This document shows positions 11,861 through 26,456 of a stretch of 64,000 bases of DNA, one piece after another. The DNA comes from Phoronis australis. Taxonomy: Eukaryota; Animalia; Phoronida. Location of the stretch: positions 80,485-144,484 of the forward strand of contig NMRA01000006.1 in NCBI GenBank assembly GCA_002633005.1, in the 5' to 3' direction. Position 1 is the first letter of the stretch. Each line of letters begins with the position of its first letter. The position numbers were made by a program, and so were the translations under genes. The notes under the pieces were generated by a model. It was not told where the DNA came from. It saw only the letters and a list, made by a program, of their open reading frames with translations, and did no database searches.

Positions 11861-14800
11861 TTTTGGTTAATTTCGCCAAGGTTTGCTCCTCGGAGCGCTT
11901 TCATTAAATTGCCGCCACAAACGAGTTTCAGAAGAAAATTAGTATCAAAGAATGAGATCTTTGCACATTTTGTAATATAACTCATCTTCACTGTAGTGAA
12001 AACATTCCTGTCTGCTCTTTCTTACAAAAACTTTATTTTCAAGAAGAAAATAAATCATTCTCTTGTCAATGTTTTCTTTAACTACAAGTATGAGATAAAA
12101 TCAATTTTTCTATTTTTGTCTTCTGTGATTAAATGCAAAAACACATTTTTGAAACTTTAACAGGTGTGTGTTGGGTCCCATAAATCAGTTTTTATTTCTT
12201 TCACACAAACAACAATATCACATTGTGTTATCTACTATAGCAATAAATGTGCAAAGAAAAAGTTAAATGTTCCCAACCGCATGCTCATATTCTAAAAAGT
12301 AACGTTTCAAGTCAAAACTCCCAACTTAAAACTCTTCATAAAACTGCCATCAACTGGTACAAGAGTACTCTACTTGGAAGAGATTTCAGGCCTCTGTGGA
12401 AAATGGACACATTACTGTTTCCTACACCATAAAAGCAATTAAGTAGGAGGAGCAAAGTTGATAATTAAAGTGCAGACAGCATGCCCAAATCAATTACCAT
12501 TTTGACTGCCCCCCATGAAATTTGAGACCAAACTCATCCTGCATTCCAGACAAAAGTTTACACAACCTGCTAGTGTTGCATAATCCTTCCATAAATTACC
12601 CACATCAACTAACTCAGACCCTTTCAATAAACTCATTTTACAAGTAATAAGTTTTAGCTATAATACCACCCAAATGGTGTTGGCTGTATCCCAACAACAG
12701 GTAATCAATAAAGAGCCCAGACCATACATAAAAGCTGTCATGTTTTCATTAACCAGGACTAGTAGGTTGCCTTTACAAATTACTCCACTCAATGGATCAT
12801 ACCATTTGTGTTTCCAAGGCAATCAGCCTAATCTGAAGCAAATAATTACATGCACAGTGCATTCTAACAAAAAAATAAAAGCTCAGTTAACTCCAGCATG
12901 TGATTATGAATAAGCTTGATGTGCTGTTTGGCTGGGGTGTACCTCCCTGTCTTCAGAATTCATTTAATGTCTTAAGAGACCACATGGGGGTAAACCCCCT
13001 CTCCTAGCCAAGGTTTTGACCTTGCCAGGTCCTTTAAAAATATTTTCATGTCATGACAACCACAACCAGAAGCTTTTAACATTCTTTGTTTAGATGAAAA
13101 TTAGTTGAATTTCTGTAATTGTTTTACATTTTTTAGTTATAAATAAGACAGCTGTACACTCAAAGTGACAATTGTAGCACCACAAGCTCTTTAAAATACA
13201 GCTTGACAACATAGTCTCACATTTTAGGAACCAATGTTCTCCAATGAATAACAGATGTCAAGCCAGTTCTCAAACTATAAGACCTGGTGGTAAGTGATCA
13301 TTATCAACTTAAAACTGTGTTTCAGCTTTCACATGGGTATATTCTGGAAACTACAAGATACTACTGTGAAAGTCTACTTCTCAACAAAAAAAAATTGTCG
13401 CAATGAGAGGTCACTGGTCATGAGTCACAATCAGGTTTTCAGGAAATTATTTTGCATAACTTTTGTACAAGGCAAAGAAAGCATACAGTCAAGAATCTTC
13501 TAAATGTGACACAATATGGCAGACAGATGAAATTTCATTATGTCAAATTTCCCAACAAGAATAACTTTTTTGGAAAATTTACTTTTTTTAACCATGGTTT
13601 GAATGGCGTAGCTAATAACGAACAACATTTGGTAAAATTTTGAGCATTTGAAACAATTTCGTAAGCCTCTAAAAAAATAGAAATATGGCAATTACCGTCC
13701 TAAATTGATGAATTTTTAGCGTACTTGGTTCTGGACTGTTTTTTCGGTGGTGTGGTAAATTTTTAGTTGCCCCCATTTTTCCAAGAAGAAAATCCACCCG
13801 AGATGAGCTAAAATTATGCCAGGTTTATGTTTCCTCATCCATGGCCCTTCATTAAGTCCTTATGCCTGATAACAACTAAGCTGCAGTTCATAAAGAACTA
13901 GTTGATTACTATCCTGAAACTTTGTTTCCAATCTGAAAATTCTAGCAGTTGTAGAAGATGAAACTGTTAACTTTTTTGTTTTTTTATCCAATATTTTTGC
14001 ACTGGTAATTTCTCTTTTTGAGACCAAGTTCTAGTCTCCCAATCTGCAATCTACTAATATTCAAACTCCAGGTTTATTTTGATGAAATCTGTTCTATATC
14101 AGTGCTATGAACTTGATATATATATATACATAAACAAACCCATATACACGTAGTTCTCCTCACAACATGTATACAATCATGTTCCATGATTATGGGTCAA
14201 AACCTTAAGGGTGACTGGGCCAAAATGTTTATCATAAGAATAACAATGTGACTTGTATTAACCCTTCTGGACTGTTGGTGACTTGAATGTTGAAAAATTA
14301 CATCCTGTGTTTGCATTACTGGGTGACACTGCTGACATACATTATGGGTCCAATTGCTGAAACAGTAAACTCAAGTGAAGAATTGGCTCTGTCATCCATG
14401 ACACATTTCAAATTGTTGAGACCACAGAAAATGATAACACTCCACTGATGCTGATCAATGGCAATTTTTGCTGCCAGAGAGGCTACATACTACATTGTAC
14501 AATAGAGGGCAGCACGTGTGAGAAAACTAATTTTGAAACAAATTTTTCAACATTTCTCAGTACCTAGAAACAACATTCCTGATGTTATATCTTAAAAAAT
14601 GCTGTGGAAAGGAATGTGTATACCAGATTCAGTCCTTGAATTATTTTCAAATTGAAATGCGCAGTAAGGGTCAGGTAGCACGTGCCAACACAAATAATGT
14701 GCGTAGCTGCACCACATCAGCTAATCAGCTACCTGGTAATAGAATTTTTTCAATCATTGAAGGGGAAATTTAGGGCCTGATGCAGAGAAATTTGCGATAA

Positions 14801-17422
14801 CCTGGCAATAACATTCCTCAAAATAGGGAGAATTTGACATCTTTATGTGAGTTATGGGGTTATGGGAACTAATTCTTCAAAATACGAGAGCTTACCACCT
14901 AAGGAGAATTTAGAAGGTTGGCAAAACCATTGTCACATTTCTCTGGCTCGATTATTTCGAATATATGTTTTATCTAGTGCACTGCAAAAAGAAACTCAGC
15001 ATGGCTTCAGCAGAGGTATTGATGCCGGCGGGGTACTTAAACTTTGCAAACATGCGAAAAAAATAAAATGGCAAAAACGTTCAAGTATTATATTTAGAAG
15101 TAAGTCCATTACCCGGGACAATAATTCGTTACTCGTATTGTAATTCACAGTGCCAAACCGCTGTCACGGAGGCCCAGCGTCGTTGCGCTCGTTGTGATCA
15201 TCATTTGTATTTAAAAGTCGGGAATCGCGCGTTTCCTAACAGTGGGCGCTAAATCTTCAATCGAAAATCCACCTAAAGTAGGCAGTGGGCTGTTAACTGA
15301 GCATGGGCGTTAACCCGAACGTTTACGGTAAATTGTTTGTTGTAACTAAGATACAAATTCAAAATACTAATTCAAACCTCAGTATTAAGGCGAAATTGGA
15401 CTTTTGCTACTGATTCAATGATTTTATTCAAAATACACCGATTGACCTTTTGCACAAAATCAACACCGCAGGAAAGCCAATGCTGTGAATGTACTCTAGG
15501 ATTTAAACTTTTCAACACATTTGATTTAAGATACAAAACATCTTAAAATCCTCACTTCTCTTTGGAGATTGTAAACAATATGGATGGGAATGAGGCAGTT
15601 AATTATTTTGTATTCGACACTTGTTCATAATCAGCAGAACTGTTTTTATGCATTGAGTAGTACTAATACAAATTTGAAACTAGTTAGTAAACAGTAGCCA
15701 ACAGAATATTTACACTGAACAGAATAAAGGTGGGCGAGTTAGTTCAAACATAAAACCCACAAACTTCCTCAAAATGCTACTCATAGTTCCAAAACAATTC
15801 ACAGAATAAATTGAGTAAGATTCCAACAATGAAGCCAAGCCATTGCCAAATATGGTGTTGGACAGTTAAAAGTTAAGTACTTCCTGATGAATAATGACCA
15901 GATTATTATTGTTGTCTGAAATGTCTCATCCCAAAGTTGACCAGTTTCCAAGTATTAAAAGTTACACAACTCTGTTAGCATAACAGAGACAAAGTGGCTA
16001 ACATAAACATCTAACAGGTGGTCAAAGACAAATGCGCCGATTCATTTCCTAGGCACTAACAGGAGCCGAAATTATACATGGACAGCTAATACCAGTACAT
16101 TTAATTAATTTCACAACAGCCACTGTAAAATTATACTAATACTTCTCATACAGTGTTATAAAAATTCACATGCACATAGTTAACCCAAATAATATATGGG
16201 TAAGGTCACGCTAAGGGGTACAATCACAGTGATGTCAAAAACATGATAATTTATGCCCGTTTCTGTGGTTATTAAGCGGTGAACACAGTTTTATTATAAA
16301 GTTAATATGTTGAAGAGATAACAGAGATAGTTTCATGTGGTAATCTTTCAGACTTTTTACAGAATTCACAGTTTGATCTCAAAATCGAGCAAATTTTCGG
16401 ACTTGAAAGTGTGACATTCGTAACCGGCCATTTTCGAACGAAGTTAAAATCCTTAAATAAGGCTGCAATTCTTGTCTGTTTATTTTAAATNCATGCCCAT
16501 ATCTGTATTACAATCTAAATGGCGTGTATGTTAAATAAATGACATGTACATCCTATACATAATATCTCCCACAAAACATCTGTCGCCATGATTGATTTCT
16601 CCCCAACCAGACCAAGGGCTTGCAAATCCCGATATCTCATAGTAATTTTCTGTCCCTGATCAATGCCAATACTGCCGTCGTCCCGGATCTCAGCGCTAAG
16701 GTCACCATGACTATTAAATGATGAGAATTCCTTTTCCTGTTTTCTTATCTAGTTCTTCGTAATATGGAATATTTGTCTTTGAAATTCTGCTCCCTCTATA
16801 TATATTGACATGACTTCCAGAGCAGGTGATATCCCACAATGCAAAGCTAAATAAGCGCATTTTCACTGGTCAGTCTTTAACAAATTAACCGTAACTGACT
16901 AATTACAAAAGAGAAATCTTGCATGTAAATTACAATATTCACTGAAACTTAGGATATGTTTTATTTTATTGGTCGGATCTTGCGCTCTCAACCATTTCCA
17001 TCATTTACCTGTGTTTATGCCTTGACCATTGCCGGTGTGGTGCTTCAAAACCATATTACAATAATTTTAGATATGTTTTACTTTCAGCTGATTTGAAGAG
17101 AAATAAATGATCAAATTCCGTAATATTTGAAAATTCCTACGTAATGATTTTCAGGTCTCAGTACATAGAATACAAACTAATCCTTATTAGTTGGCGGCTA
17201 AAAAAGCTATAAACTATGCTTAACCTCTGCTTTGTTTATCTGGATAGGGTAATTTGTTTCTACTGACAGAACTTGGTACTAAACCCCTTAACTCAATGTC
17301 ACAGCTAGCTCATTACTGCTTTTGTACAGGTATCTTCCACTTTCTCTTACTCAATTGTCGCCCTTTTGGAGTTTAGATCTACCTGTACTGGTGGCAGAAT
17401 GGGGCATTGCTAGCAGAGAGGT

Positions 17423-18001
17423 CTCGCTGGTTCCCTATGTGCCTAGCCAGCACGCAGGTATCATGCAGTGGCACACAATTTAGCATTGGTTGATGTAATC
17501 TCAGCAATCATTGGTTAGCTTTACAACACCATGAAAAATGGCAGACTGTGTACGATTTTTTGCCTTGTCATGCAATTGGCGTCGCAACAACTATTTCGTT
17601 TCTGCAGTGATGTTTAATAGCCGCGTGCCTGAAGCACATAAATGTACAATAAACACATATCTGGCCGATTTAACGGTGTGTATGAATACAGGATAGTATC
17701 GTAAACAAAAGTCACAGCAGAAAGATGCACCCTGAAAAGGCACAACCACAATTTCTAGGATTCACATTTCCTGAACATAAATTTTAAGCACCGATTTGTC
17801 TGCCCAACAGACCGAATTAACACTTCAATCCATCAGTCATGCCAGTTTGTTTGCCTAAAGTGCAGTCTGTTGAGAATTTGAGAATTTGACTAGCCTATCA
17901 GAAACGCACCGCACCGGTGTAAAAAAATTTCCCCAAGGAAAATTAAGTGATACCTGTGTGCTGGCTACCGACCACCTAGCAGCACACAGGGAACCAGTGA
18001 G
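17423..18001. mobile_element. MITE with TIRs, flanked by the direct repeat GCAGAGAGGT
   Basis: CTCGCTGGTTCCCTATGTGC..AGCCAGCACGCAGGTATCA matches the reverse complement of the right end CTCACTGGTTCCCTGTGTGC..AGCCAGCACACAGGTATCA; GCAGAGAGGT at 17413-17422 and 18002-18011. Exact boundary ambiguous by ~2 bp. Confidence 0.8.
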
Positions 18002-18731
18002 GCAGAGAGGTCAGATATCAGCAACGTTGCAATTTGCAAACCATGGTGCATTTAGCCATTTTTTATGAAACTAAGTCACGCAACACTCCCAATTGACCAC
18101 TTGGACGGTAGAGTAGAAATTATTTCCTTTTTTAACAAAGCAAAAATTTTTGTCAAGATTAGAAGCAGAACTTTTCACTAATCGTCTGACAAAAACATAT
18201 GTCAAGACAATTGATCAGTTCAAAGGGCTAAATGTCATATCACCGAGATGAAGTGACAATGACAAATTATCAGCAACTGAGAAAAATAAGCATTAAAAAT
18301 TTGACACTAATTTATGGCTAATATATGATTATTTCTAATATCCACAAGCTGTTGCTTTGGTCTAAGGATTTTACACAAATAATTAATTGGTCACCAACTT
18401 TTAATTGATGAAACTGAACAAAAGTACACAAAAACCAATAAAATCAGACAACCATTGGTATAGAGTTAGAATTTGAAGGACTGTACTTTTAATTTCATGT
18501 AAAGTACATATTTAATTGCAGAAGTGTGACCGTGTTAACTGAGAACTAATTACTTTAACCACCACAACATTTTTGTTTTTCAACCTATCTCCGAAATCCT
18601 TTTAGTGCTTTAAAAAAATGATGGCACTCCAATGATAAGCTAATCAAATAAATAATACACAAAACCATTAATTAATTAATCAATCAATTAATCATGTAAC
18701 AGTTTCTTACTAATTGAATGATTGCTGCATG

Positions 18732-20057
18732 TATATACCCATCATACTGTAAACAAGCCCTGTAAAAAGACAAGGATAGATTTGGAGAAATCTTTTGAAT
18801 TTCTCCAACGCCAAAGCACCAGGTGACCCCAAATGGTTTTATCCACATTCCATTCTCACTAGTGGACTGGTCATCGAAGGAGTGACTCTATTCACTAGAT
18901 CAGTAGTTACGGAAATTACGATACTGTACCAAGTTATCAAATCACAGGCTTGAAAGCATCCAGGCTTCATTTTCTACTTTCTTTTGGGGACATGAAAACC
19001 TACGGAAAACATAAAACCTGAATAGAGGAATAAAAATCAGACAACGTAGGCTTTGAATTTTCAAAATTGGTCAAGTAATAGGGATCTTGTCAACAAAACC
19101 CAAACCTTGAGCTATTCATTGGAAAGTACCTTCAAAACAGATAAACTGCGTAAAAATATGAACCCCGACCTTTAAAACAAAACCCCAGGATGATGCCAGT
19201 AGCCTCAAAGTTTGAATTAAAGCATCTTCAAGTACTTTCCAGCTGTTTACTGCATTTGTTTTTTAAAAATTGTCAATAATAAAACGTGACTTCTATTATA
19301 TTGACTTTGTTATTTGATTTTTATGGGTAAAACTAGTACAACTTATCGGTGGGCGAATTTCAAACTACCGGTAACCTATATTCTTAACACATTGTTGTCT
19401 CATTGATCATTAGCTGATTTCCGATTATTCAATAGATTCCTCAAAATTATTTTCAAAAATGAAAAACAACATTTCAACTTTCGAATGCAAGTGGCCGCAT
19501 TTTAGGGTTCGTTGATTTAATTGTTGAGCATACATTATTTCCGGCACAATCAATTTCAGGATTTTGAAATGGACCGGGAGAATTATTCACTCAAAAGATC
19601 TGCAAAAAGTCATCAATTTCAATGTTCTTGCTCTCAACAAAGTGTACTTCAACTCCTAACCGATCATTAAAACGGAATTCCGAATCGGAAATTCTGAACT
19701 CAACACATTTACTCTATTTTCATGAGATAAACAATGTTTGACAGAAAGTACGAGGATGGTGTTTCCGTCCCCAGGTGTACTGCCTGATCCCCGGGGTTCC
19801 TGCTTTAAAGGTCTGAGTTCGTGTTTTTAGGGCTGCTTAGCAACGTTTTGAAGGTTTAGGAGTCCACTTTCGACTCCAGGATAACTGTTTTACACCTGGG
19901 TTCCAATTTTGATGGAACACCTTACACCTTGTACTAGTGAGAATGGAATGTGAATATAAAACCAGTTAGGTTCACCATGTGACATTGGAGAAATTCAAAA
20001 GATGGCTCCAAATTTATCCTAATGTCTTAAAGGGGATGTTTACAGCATGGATATATT
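18732..20057. mobile_element. ~1.3-kb non-autonomous TIR element with ~140-bp TIRs
   Basis: CTGTAAACA..TTTGGAG..ATCTTTTGAATTTCTCCAA..CACATTCCATTCTCACTAGT at the left end is inverted at ~19933-20057. Confidence 0.8.
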
Positions 20058-20645
20058 CAGAACACAACATAACCACCTGGGTATTTAATTGCCACTAGGT
20101 ACTTTAAAAAACAAATAATCATAGAAAAGGGACCTTATCGTGAGAAAAAGTGTTTCATTCACCTAACAAGGTCACTAATTTGAGGGTCATAACTGGACAT
20201 AAAAACTATGAGGGTATAACTTGATCTTCATAAATTAGCAAGAAGATGCGCAAAGGTTCACTTTGAATATTTAGACAACAATGTTATTCATCTGGAGAAA
20301 TGTGATGACTAAACTACGCAAGGACTTTCCGACAAGAAAGAAAAATTTTAAACAACCTGAATCATGATGCAGGCATTCCCAAGTAAGTGCACTAGGTCAT
20401 CAACTTCTGCACTTAGCTGTGTGTTTCCTTTATTTTTTTTCCAGAACTGAAAGTGGATCTTCAAGAGGGCACTGATTAAGTGATGACTGCCCTGCATTAT
20501 CAAAGAACCAAACAGTGACATTGGATGCACTATAATATCAAAACAGCATAAAATCTGAAGATTTTGCCATTTTGTTTTCCTGCTTGTGTCGTGGACTGTT
20601 CGAAAAGAGGTGTAAAGAGATGAAGGTAACAACAGTCTCCTATCC

Positions 20646-22092
20646 TAAGGTGTCCTTGTGTGCGTAAAGGTATTTATACCAACATGACGTTGTTGGTTTA
20701 ATCTGTGAGGCATAATTCACCAAAAACTTTCTGGCATATAGAGGGCCTATGGAATGTCCACCATCTCTACCGGGATTGCTGTGCGTGAACTTGTTATCCT
20801 GCTTAATCTCAAGATCGCATATAAGTGAACTTGGATTTGAATATTCATTAAGTCAATCAAGTGAAATGTTTTGTTCATTGTAAAAATTTTTTGCAGTTAG
20901 GCTTCACGATCACTCATTTTCTCCTTAACTGGAACTTGTGTCACAGAATCAGAGGAATATGTATATAGCCAAATCGTAGCCTCTCAGTTGGCAGGTTAGG
21001 GGTTACAATACTTCCCCTCGCTTTCTGTACTAATTTCGTCACGTGTATTTTAAAAGGGCGGTAGGTGGAATCCGCTGACCCATTAAGAGTTTTCACCTCG
21101 TCAAAAATACATTCTACACTTAAAACTATCACTTATAAAGGCATTTACTTTCTTCAGTGATCCTTTCTGCTTCTACACATATCTCGGATGAAGCATAAGA
21201 ATTAAGGTAACTTTGGCGAAGAAATCCAACTCCATTTTTTGGTAACTGTTAACTTTTTCACTGCGTGTGCGATAAGCACTTCAATTGAGTTACATGAGTT
21301 AGGCAAAGGCTAGTGCGAGACTGAGTAAAGCGCGAAACGTGGCACGTGACACTTGCAAAATACCTGGTGAAATTTGTTAGATTTGTGACCCTTGGATTTC
21401 ACGTAACTTCCTCAAAATGGCACCTGGTGAGAGAAACTCGAGCGCACAGCAATCGGATTTTTATGGATATGTTCAACTTATGTTGACTAAATTTTTTCCA
21501 CAATCATGATGTGTGTTACTTTTATTTGCTGTATTTTGAAATGAGTAATTTTATATGGGGAAGTAATATCGCCCCTGTAATTTGCCTGCAGTATGTGTTG
21601 TTGGTGTAATTCCCATGAATGGTTATCATTTTTGTTTGTTTGGTGAATAAAATCGCCAATAGTAGAAAGAGGTTGATTAAATTAACATTGTTTTATGAAT
21701 ATGCAGTGCAAATTTTTATCAACGTGAACGTAAATATTTGAGTGAACTTTCCAAATTCCATGTTGTATCCCAAGTTCACACATAGTGATCTTGAGATTAA
21801 GCAGGATTCCAAGTTCACGCACACCAGGATCACTTGCGACAGCAGCACTGTAGTGAGACGTTATTTGACTTGTCTCGCTGTTGGCATCAGAAGACGACTG
21901 TTGGAGACTGCTGACATTGGCTGTCCGGCCCAAATGCCGGTAATGGCCAATGAGGGCGCAACATGAATATTAATTAAGCGGACCTGCGGCCGATACACGT
22001 GCTGGGATGGCTGGGATGCAGAGCGGCATTCGATATCCAGACCGCACACCCAAGGCCAAGCAGCCCTATTGAGCTCGACCAAGGACAACTAA
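20646..22092. mobile_element. Old TIR element with internal inverted repeats
   Basis: GTGCGTGAACTTG..ATCCTGCTTAATCTCAAGATC..GTGAACTTGG at ~20780-20835 is inverted at ~21768-21825; weak terminal match AG(G/T)TGTCCTTG. Ends uncertain. Confidence 0.5.
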
Positions 22093-24099
22093 GGTAAGAC
22101 ACCTTTAGAACTTACTAATTACTGACTGAACCTAACAGACTCTCACATTGACTCATGAGCATCTATAATGTGCAAGTTAAGACACTTTAGAATTTACTAC
22201 TACAGCACTGTCTACAACTACAACCTAATCTCCGGATGGTGGAGTCAACACGCAGAGAGCCTAAAGAATCTTGGACAAACTAAGGCAAGGATTCGAGTCA
22301 GACACACGTACACAATAAGACAAGATTCTAGAAACCAAAGATACTCCTTACCCAATGAAACAAGCCGGCTTGATGCTTTGATACTTCAGACAGTCAGTCT
22401 TTCCATTCGAATTTGTAAACAAATCGGCATGACTTTACATAAATAGAACAAACAGGGTTTTTACTAATATTATTTTCAATGTTTTTTCTGTTTATTTACA
22501 TATTGTGGTCCAAAGTCATACAAAATATTATAAAAATATGAATTTAAGAATATAATATCATTAAAATTTACATATCTTGGTACAACACTAACTAACGTTG
22601 TTGAATAAAACTCGATAAAATGCTCACTATGCTACTCGAACACGTGCATTTGACACATCCGTCAACAACAGAACAGAGGTGAGTGAGTCACAGCTGATAA
22701 CAGGGTTTGATGGACAACGATTTGGACATTGTTAGAACGTTTGCTCATGGACAAATTTGTTTTGTGCCTTAGCATTAGGCGCAAGGTACATCGAGACTTC
22801 CGTGTAAAACTCTATTTCTATCCGCCATTCAAAGTCAGACTCAGGCATTCACTTAGCCAGCTAGCTAGACTCGTCAAAATATAGCTAGGTACCACTGTGT
22901 GTATTTCTTCCGTAGACCCCGAAATTGCACGCAGCCAGGGTAGTTCTGCTCGTCACCGTGCCTGCCGTGAAACTTATATCAAAATGTAAAGCTAAAGACT
23001 GGACGGGGTGCATGCAAAATCTGGGAATCAACCGATACTCACCTTGCTCGTTACAGCCGTTTAAGTGAAAAACAATGCAATAAACGTAGGGACGTGACAA
23101 AAAATTTCAAATTCTTATTTAATATTTAAAAATGCATTGATTTAATAGAACATCAAAAACAGAGTCAAACAAAAAAAAATTAACAAAATCCATTAAGCCG
23201 TTGACTTTTTATGAACGTTTGAAGAGCGATAATTAGCCCTTTTTTTTAGTCCTCTGAATGCATGGGAGTAAATGCGCATTCATGTGACCCAAAATTAGTT
23301 TTTTCACAATAACTTCCTCAATACTTTTAATAACAATAAATGAAAATTTCAGGATATGACAATCCTAGCATTTACTTGGTGAGAAACATTTTTAAGAAAA
23401 CAAAAAATTCCAAATTCCAAAATGGCGGACAATATGGCCACCATTATGACTGCAAAAACGTCTTATTGTTTTACGTTAATGAACTATATGGTGTAATATA
23501 CCATTAACAAACTATATGGTGTGATATACCAAATGATAGGTCTTTTCATTGCTTTTTTGAAGAGAATGGAGAAAAACATGTTTAGGCAATATTTTCGACA
23601 TTTCCGCAATAGTTGCCAAAATGGCTGCCAACANGTTCTGAAATTCGGTTTTTCGGTATCAAAATTCTAAAAACTTGTAATGAAGTAAAACCAGTTCCAA
23701 TAATTTGTTGTGACATGTACGCAGGCTCGTGAAAGAACAGTAGTTGGTTGAAGAATCGGCGTAAAAAGAAACTGGCCAATAGGTGACTCAATATTTCATG
23801 GTGCCGAAAGCCGTCGCTAAAGATCGCTCCACAACTTTAGCAGCAGAATAAATAATTTTTTTTTACTCAAGGAAGACTGTAGTTTTTAACGACAATAATT
23901 TTGTGTCAGATTTTATCTTACCACTTTTTACCCACATCGGTGCAAAGCTGTATATTTATATACAGCTTTGTACCAAGGCTAGCATTCACTTCACTGATAG
24001 ATTGCCTGGCCAGTCTCATACTCTCATGCATACATCACATGTCAGAATCTTACATGGATGTCAACCAACTAGTTAGGTGTACACGTTACTAGTGTTGAC

Positions 24100-24570
24100 A
24101 CCTTGTGGTAAAATTGTAAAACTATTCCTAGAAATAGTTGGCTGCCCCACCTGGTAGTCAAGTATTAAAGTTATCCAAAGGGATAGATAGTTTCCTCCCG
24201 TTCAGTAACGCTAGGACCTCGCTAAAAAGCAAGACTTCGTGAAATTACATGAGATATGGCCGTGTATTTTTAATGAGAACATGTGACTTTGACAAGACTT
24301 TAGCTAGGTTCTAGCGTAGGTCCTAGCACTACTGAACGCACGCCTGGTTATATAGTTGGTTGACATCTTACATCCAAAATAGCTGCACCACGTGGTGGAT
24401 AACTGTTAAAGCTATCCAAAGAGACAGTTAGCTGGTTAGTTGGTTGACATCCTACATCCCCTATCTGTCCCACCTGGTGGTGAAATTTTAAAGCTATCCA
24501 GAGGAAGAGTCGGGTATCTATTTCGTTGACATCCAACATCCAATAGCTGCCCCACCTGGTTGTCAAACGG
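24100..24570. repeat. Diverged ~60-90-bp tandem repeat (CCCACCTGGT..AAAGCTATCCA..GTTGACATC) interrupted by a MITE
   Basis: Motifs recur four to five times between 24100 and 24570. Confidence 0.65.
24199..24338. mobile_element. ~140-bp MITE; related copies at ~33625-33745 and ~47378-47482
   Basis: TIR CGTTCAGTAACGCTAGGACCT / AGGTCCTAGCACTACTGAACG; the other two copies share AAATCTAGCCAAAATCACG, and the 33.7-kb copy carries GTAATTTCACGAA (reverse complement of TTCGTGAAATTAC here). Confidence 0.75.
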
Positions 24571-25168
24571 CAAGACTATAAAAAAGGAGATAGCAAATGG
24601 GGTGGAGTTTGGATGATGTATTGGCCACAACACGGGGTAATTAGTTTAATTGGATGTGAGCCAACTATTAGTGTCTGTTGCATCAAAATAGTCACTTACA
24701 CGCAGTATGCCCGTTAGTTAGTTGAGGGGGCCTAAGTACTTCTGTCCGTTGAGGTGCTGAGACTAAGAACATCTGGATAGAGACAAAGTTCCATAGATGT
24801 CTCGAAGCGAGAAAAATCTAGCCTAAATGAAGCAGGCCAAAAACAAATGGATATTTATTTACAAAATGACGATGATTTTGATATGGTTCGATTCCTCACA
24901 ACATTATCTGTCCAAAAATGCACGAAAATCTCTTCTGCCCACTTTTCCTTAGAATTATATCATCAAATTTCTGCTCACTCGATTTCCTTGTAGTGATACC
25001 ATAGGCTATGGATACGAACATCGATTATAGTGATACTGATACCGCCATGTTGAATGTAAGGAGTCACCTGGCGGTCAAAAACTGAACTAATATACTGATG
25101 CCTATATTCTGCAGAGCATACTCGGTTTTCACTAAAATAAAACAGACCGAGACCTGTCAATCCCAGGC

Positions 25169-25630
25169 CAGGCCTTTATCCAGGATTTCGAAAATAGGGT
25201 GTCCAAAATGGGTTTCCCAATATTCCAGGGCGTCCATGATTCCGACGCGTAACCCCCCACCCCTCGCAATACCCCCAAACACACAGATTTTTTTACAAAA
25301 AATTGCATAGATCAAGGTTTTTACATCTAAGTTTATAAAACAGCCTTCTATGGTGAGCATTTTTACTAAAAAATGTGTAGACTTTGCAATGCTGTCAATC
25401 AAGTGTCAAAATAGCAACAATGCATATACTTTGTATATACATTGTATATTTCTTCCTGCTTTGAAAAAGAGCCCCCACTGTGAGCCTTCAGAGGCTTCCT
25501 AGTATTCATTACAATGTGTGTGTCCAAACTTGAAAGGTTCCTATTGACAGTGGGCCTCCAAATGATACATTGGCCTTCCTTGCCAGGGCATGAGATTAGT
25601 GCTAGAGGACATGCGCTGCATAAAGGCCTG
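25169..25630. mobile_element. hAT-type MITE with 8-bp TSD
   Basis: TIR CAGGCCTTTAT...ATAAAGGCCTG; flanks TCCCAGGC (25161-25168) and TCCTGGGC (25631-25638). Confidence 0.75.
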
Positions 25631-26456
25631 TCCTGGGCCCAAGCTACAGTAGCAATGGTTCAAATTCGGTGACCCAGTGGTACGGATCTGCTAGCAAGAA
25701 TCCGTGAAAAAGAGGCTGTTTTTGAGGTCAAAATTCGTGACAACATCACTCCAGACTATTGTGGAAAAGTGGTCAAATGATCACAATTCCAAAAAATAGA
25801 AAAGGGGAAATGCTGCCCCTTGCCCCTCTATGTTATGTCAAGAAAACTTCAGGGGGCATCTCGTGGGCAAACACCATTCAGAATCGATGCTGTTTCATTC
25901 ATTAGTAATAGGTGTCGCTGTAATCTCGAGTTGAGCAAACACGGTGGAAAAGTGCAAACAGAAATTTAACAATAAAATTGTGAGGTAACACAGTAGGGGA
26001 CACATTTATATATTTTTGGAATGAGTACGTTAAGCGGAGTGGAATGATACCAAAGTCATGTGTGTAAGTTAATGTCATATTGTAAACAGTTTGAAAAACT
26101 GGCTCACAGATCTTCCAAATTAGCCCATAGACTTGAGGCCATGTTGGTCAATTCACCAATACTCGTGTTTTTTCTAAACTTGTAGCTCCTATCTTTTACA
26201 ATCAATTGCTTAAAAAATACAGACATGTTAATAATGCTATCAGAAAGTGCATTTGAAGAGTTTTTGATGTGCATTTTGAAACAAAGGCTTGCATTTAAAA
26301 TTAGTCTATCGGCACACTTGCATGTTTGTGGAGGAATCTGTCCTTTGTCAGTCCGTTCCTGGATCTGCAGTTTGTAGATTGATATGATATCCATATTCGT
26401 ATGTTTATTTCCACGCTGTTATTTGCCATCAGTCGTTACAATTATTTTTTTGCAGC

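Larger units (their letters stand above)
8300..11945. mobile_element. Tandem array of a non-autonomous Helitron/Helentron-like repeat (units ~8300-8720, ~9278-10110, ~10685-11520, plus end fragments)
   Basis: Same-orientation repeats of AAGATGGCRGAAATAT..GCGCATGCGCACC and TTACCGTTTT(C/T)GAGTTATTTGACTT; units 2 and 3 begin TTTTTTGTTTGTTCGC..TACAGGTCGCAATTTT; short hairpin CGGAATTC-TTT-GAATTCCG at ~9286; recurrent AATTYCGCCAAG. The repeat is certain; the rolling-circle class is inferred. Confidence 0.55.

Noticed and set aside
11693-11991. Ser-rich and Asp-rich ORFs
   Set aside because: Translations of the TCA/TCG microsatellite within a repeat array.
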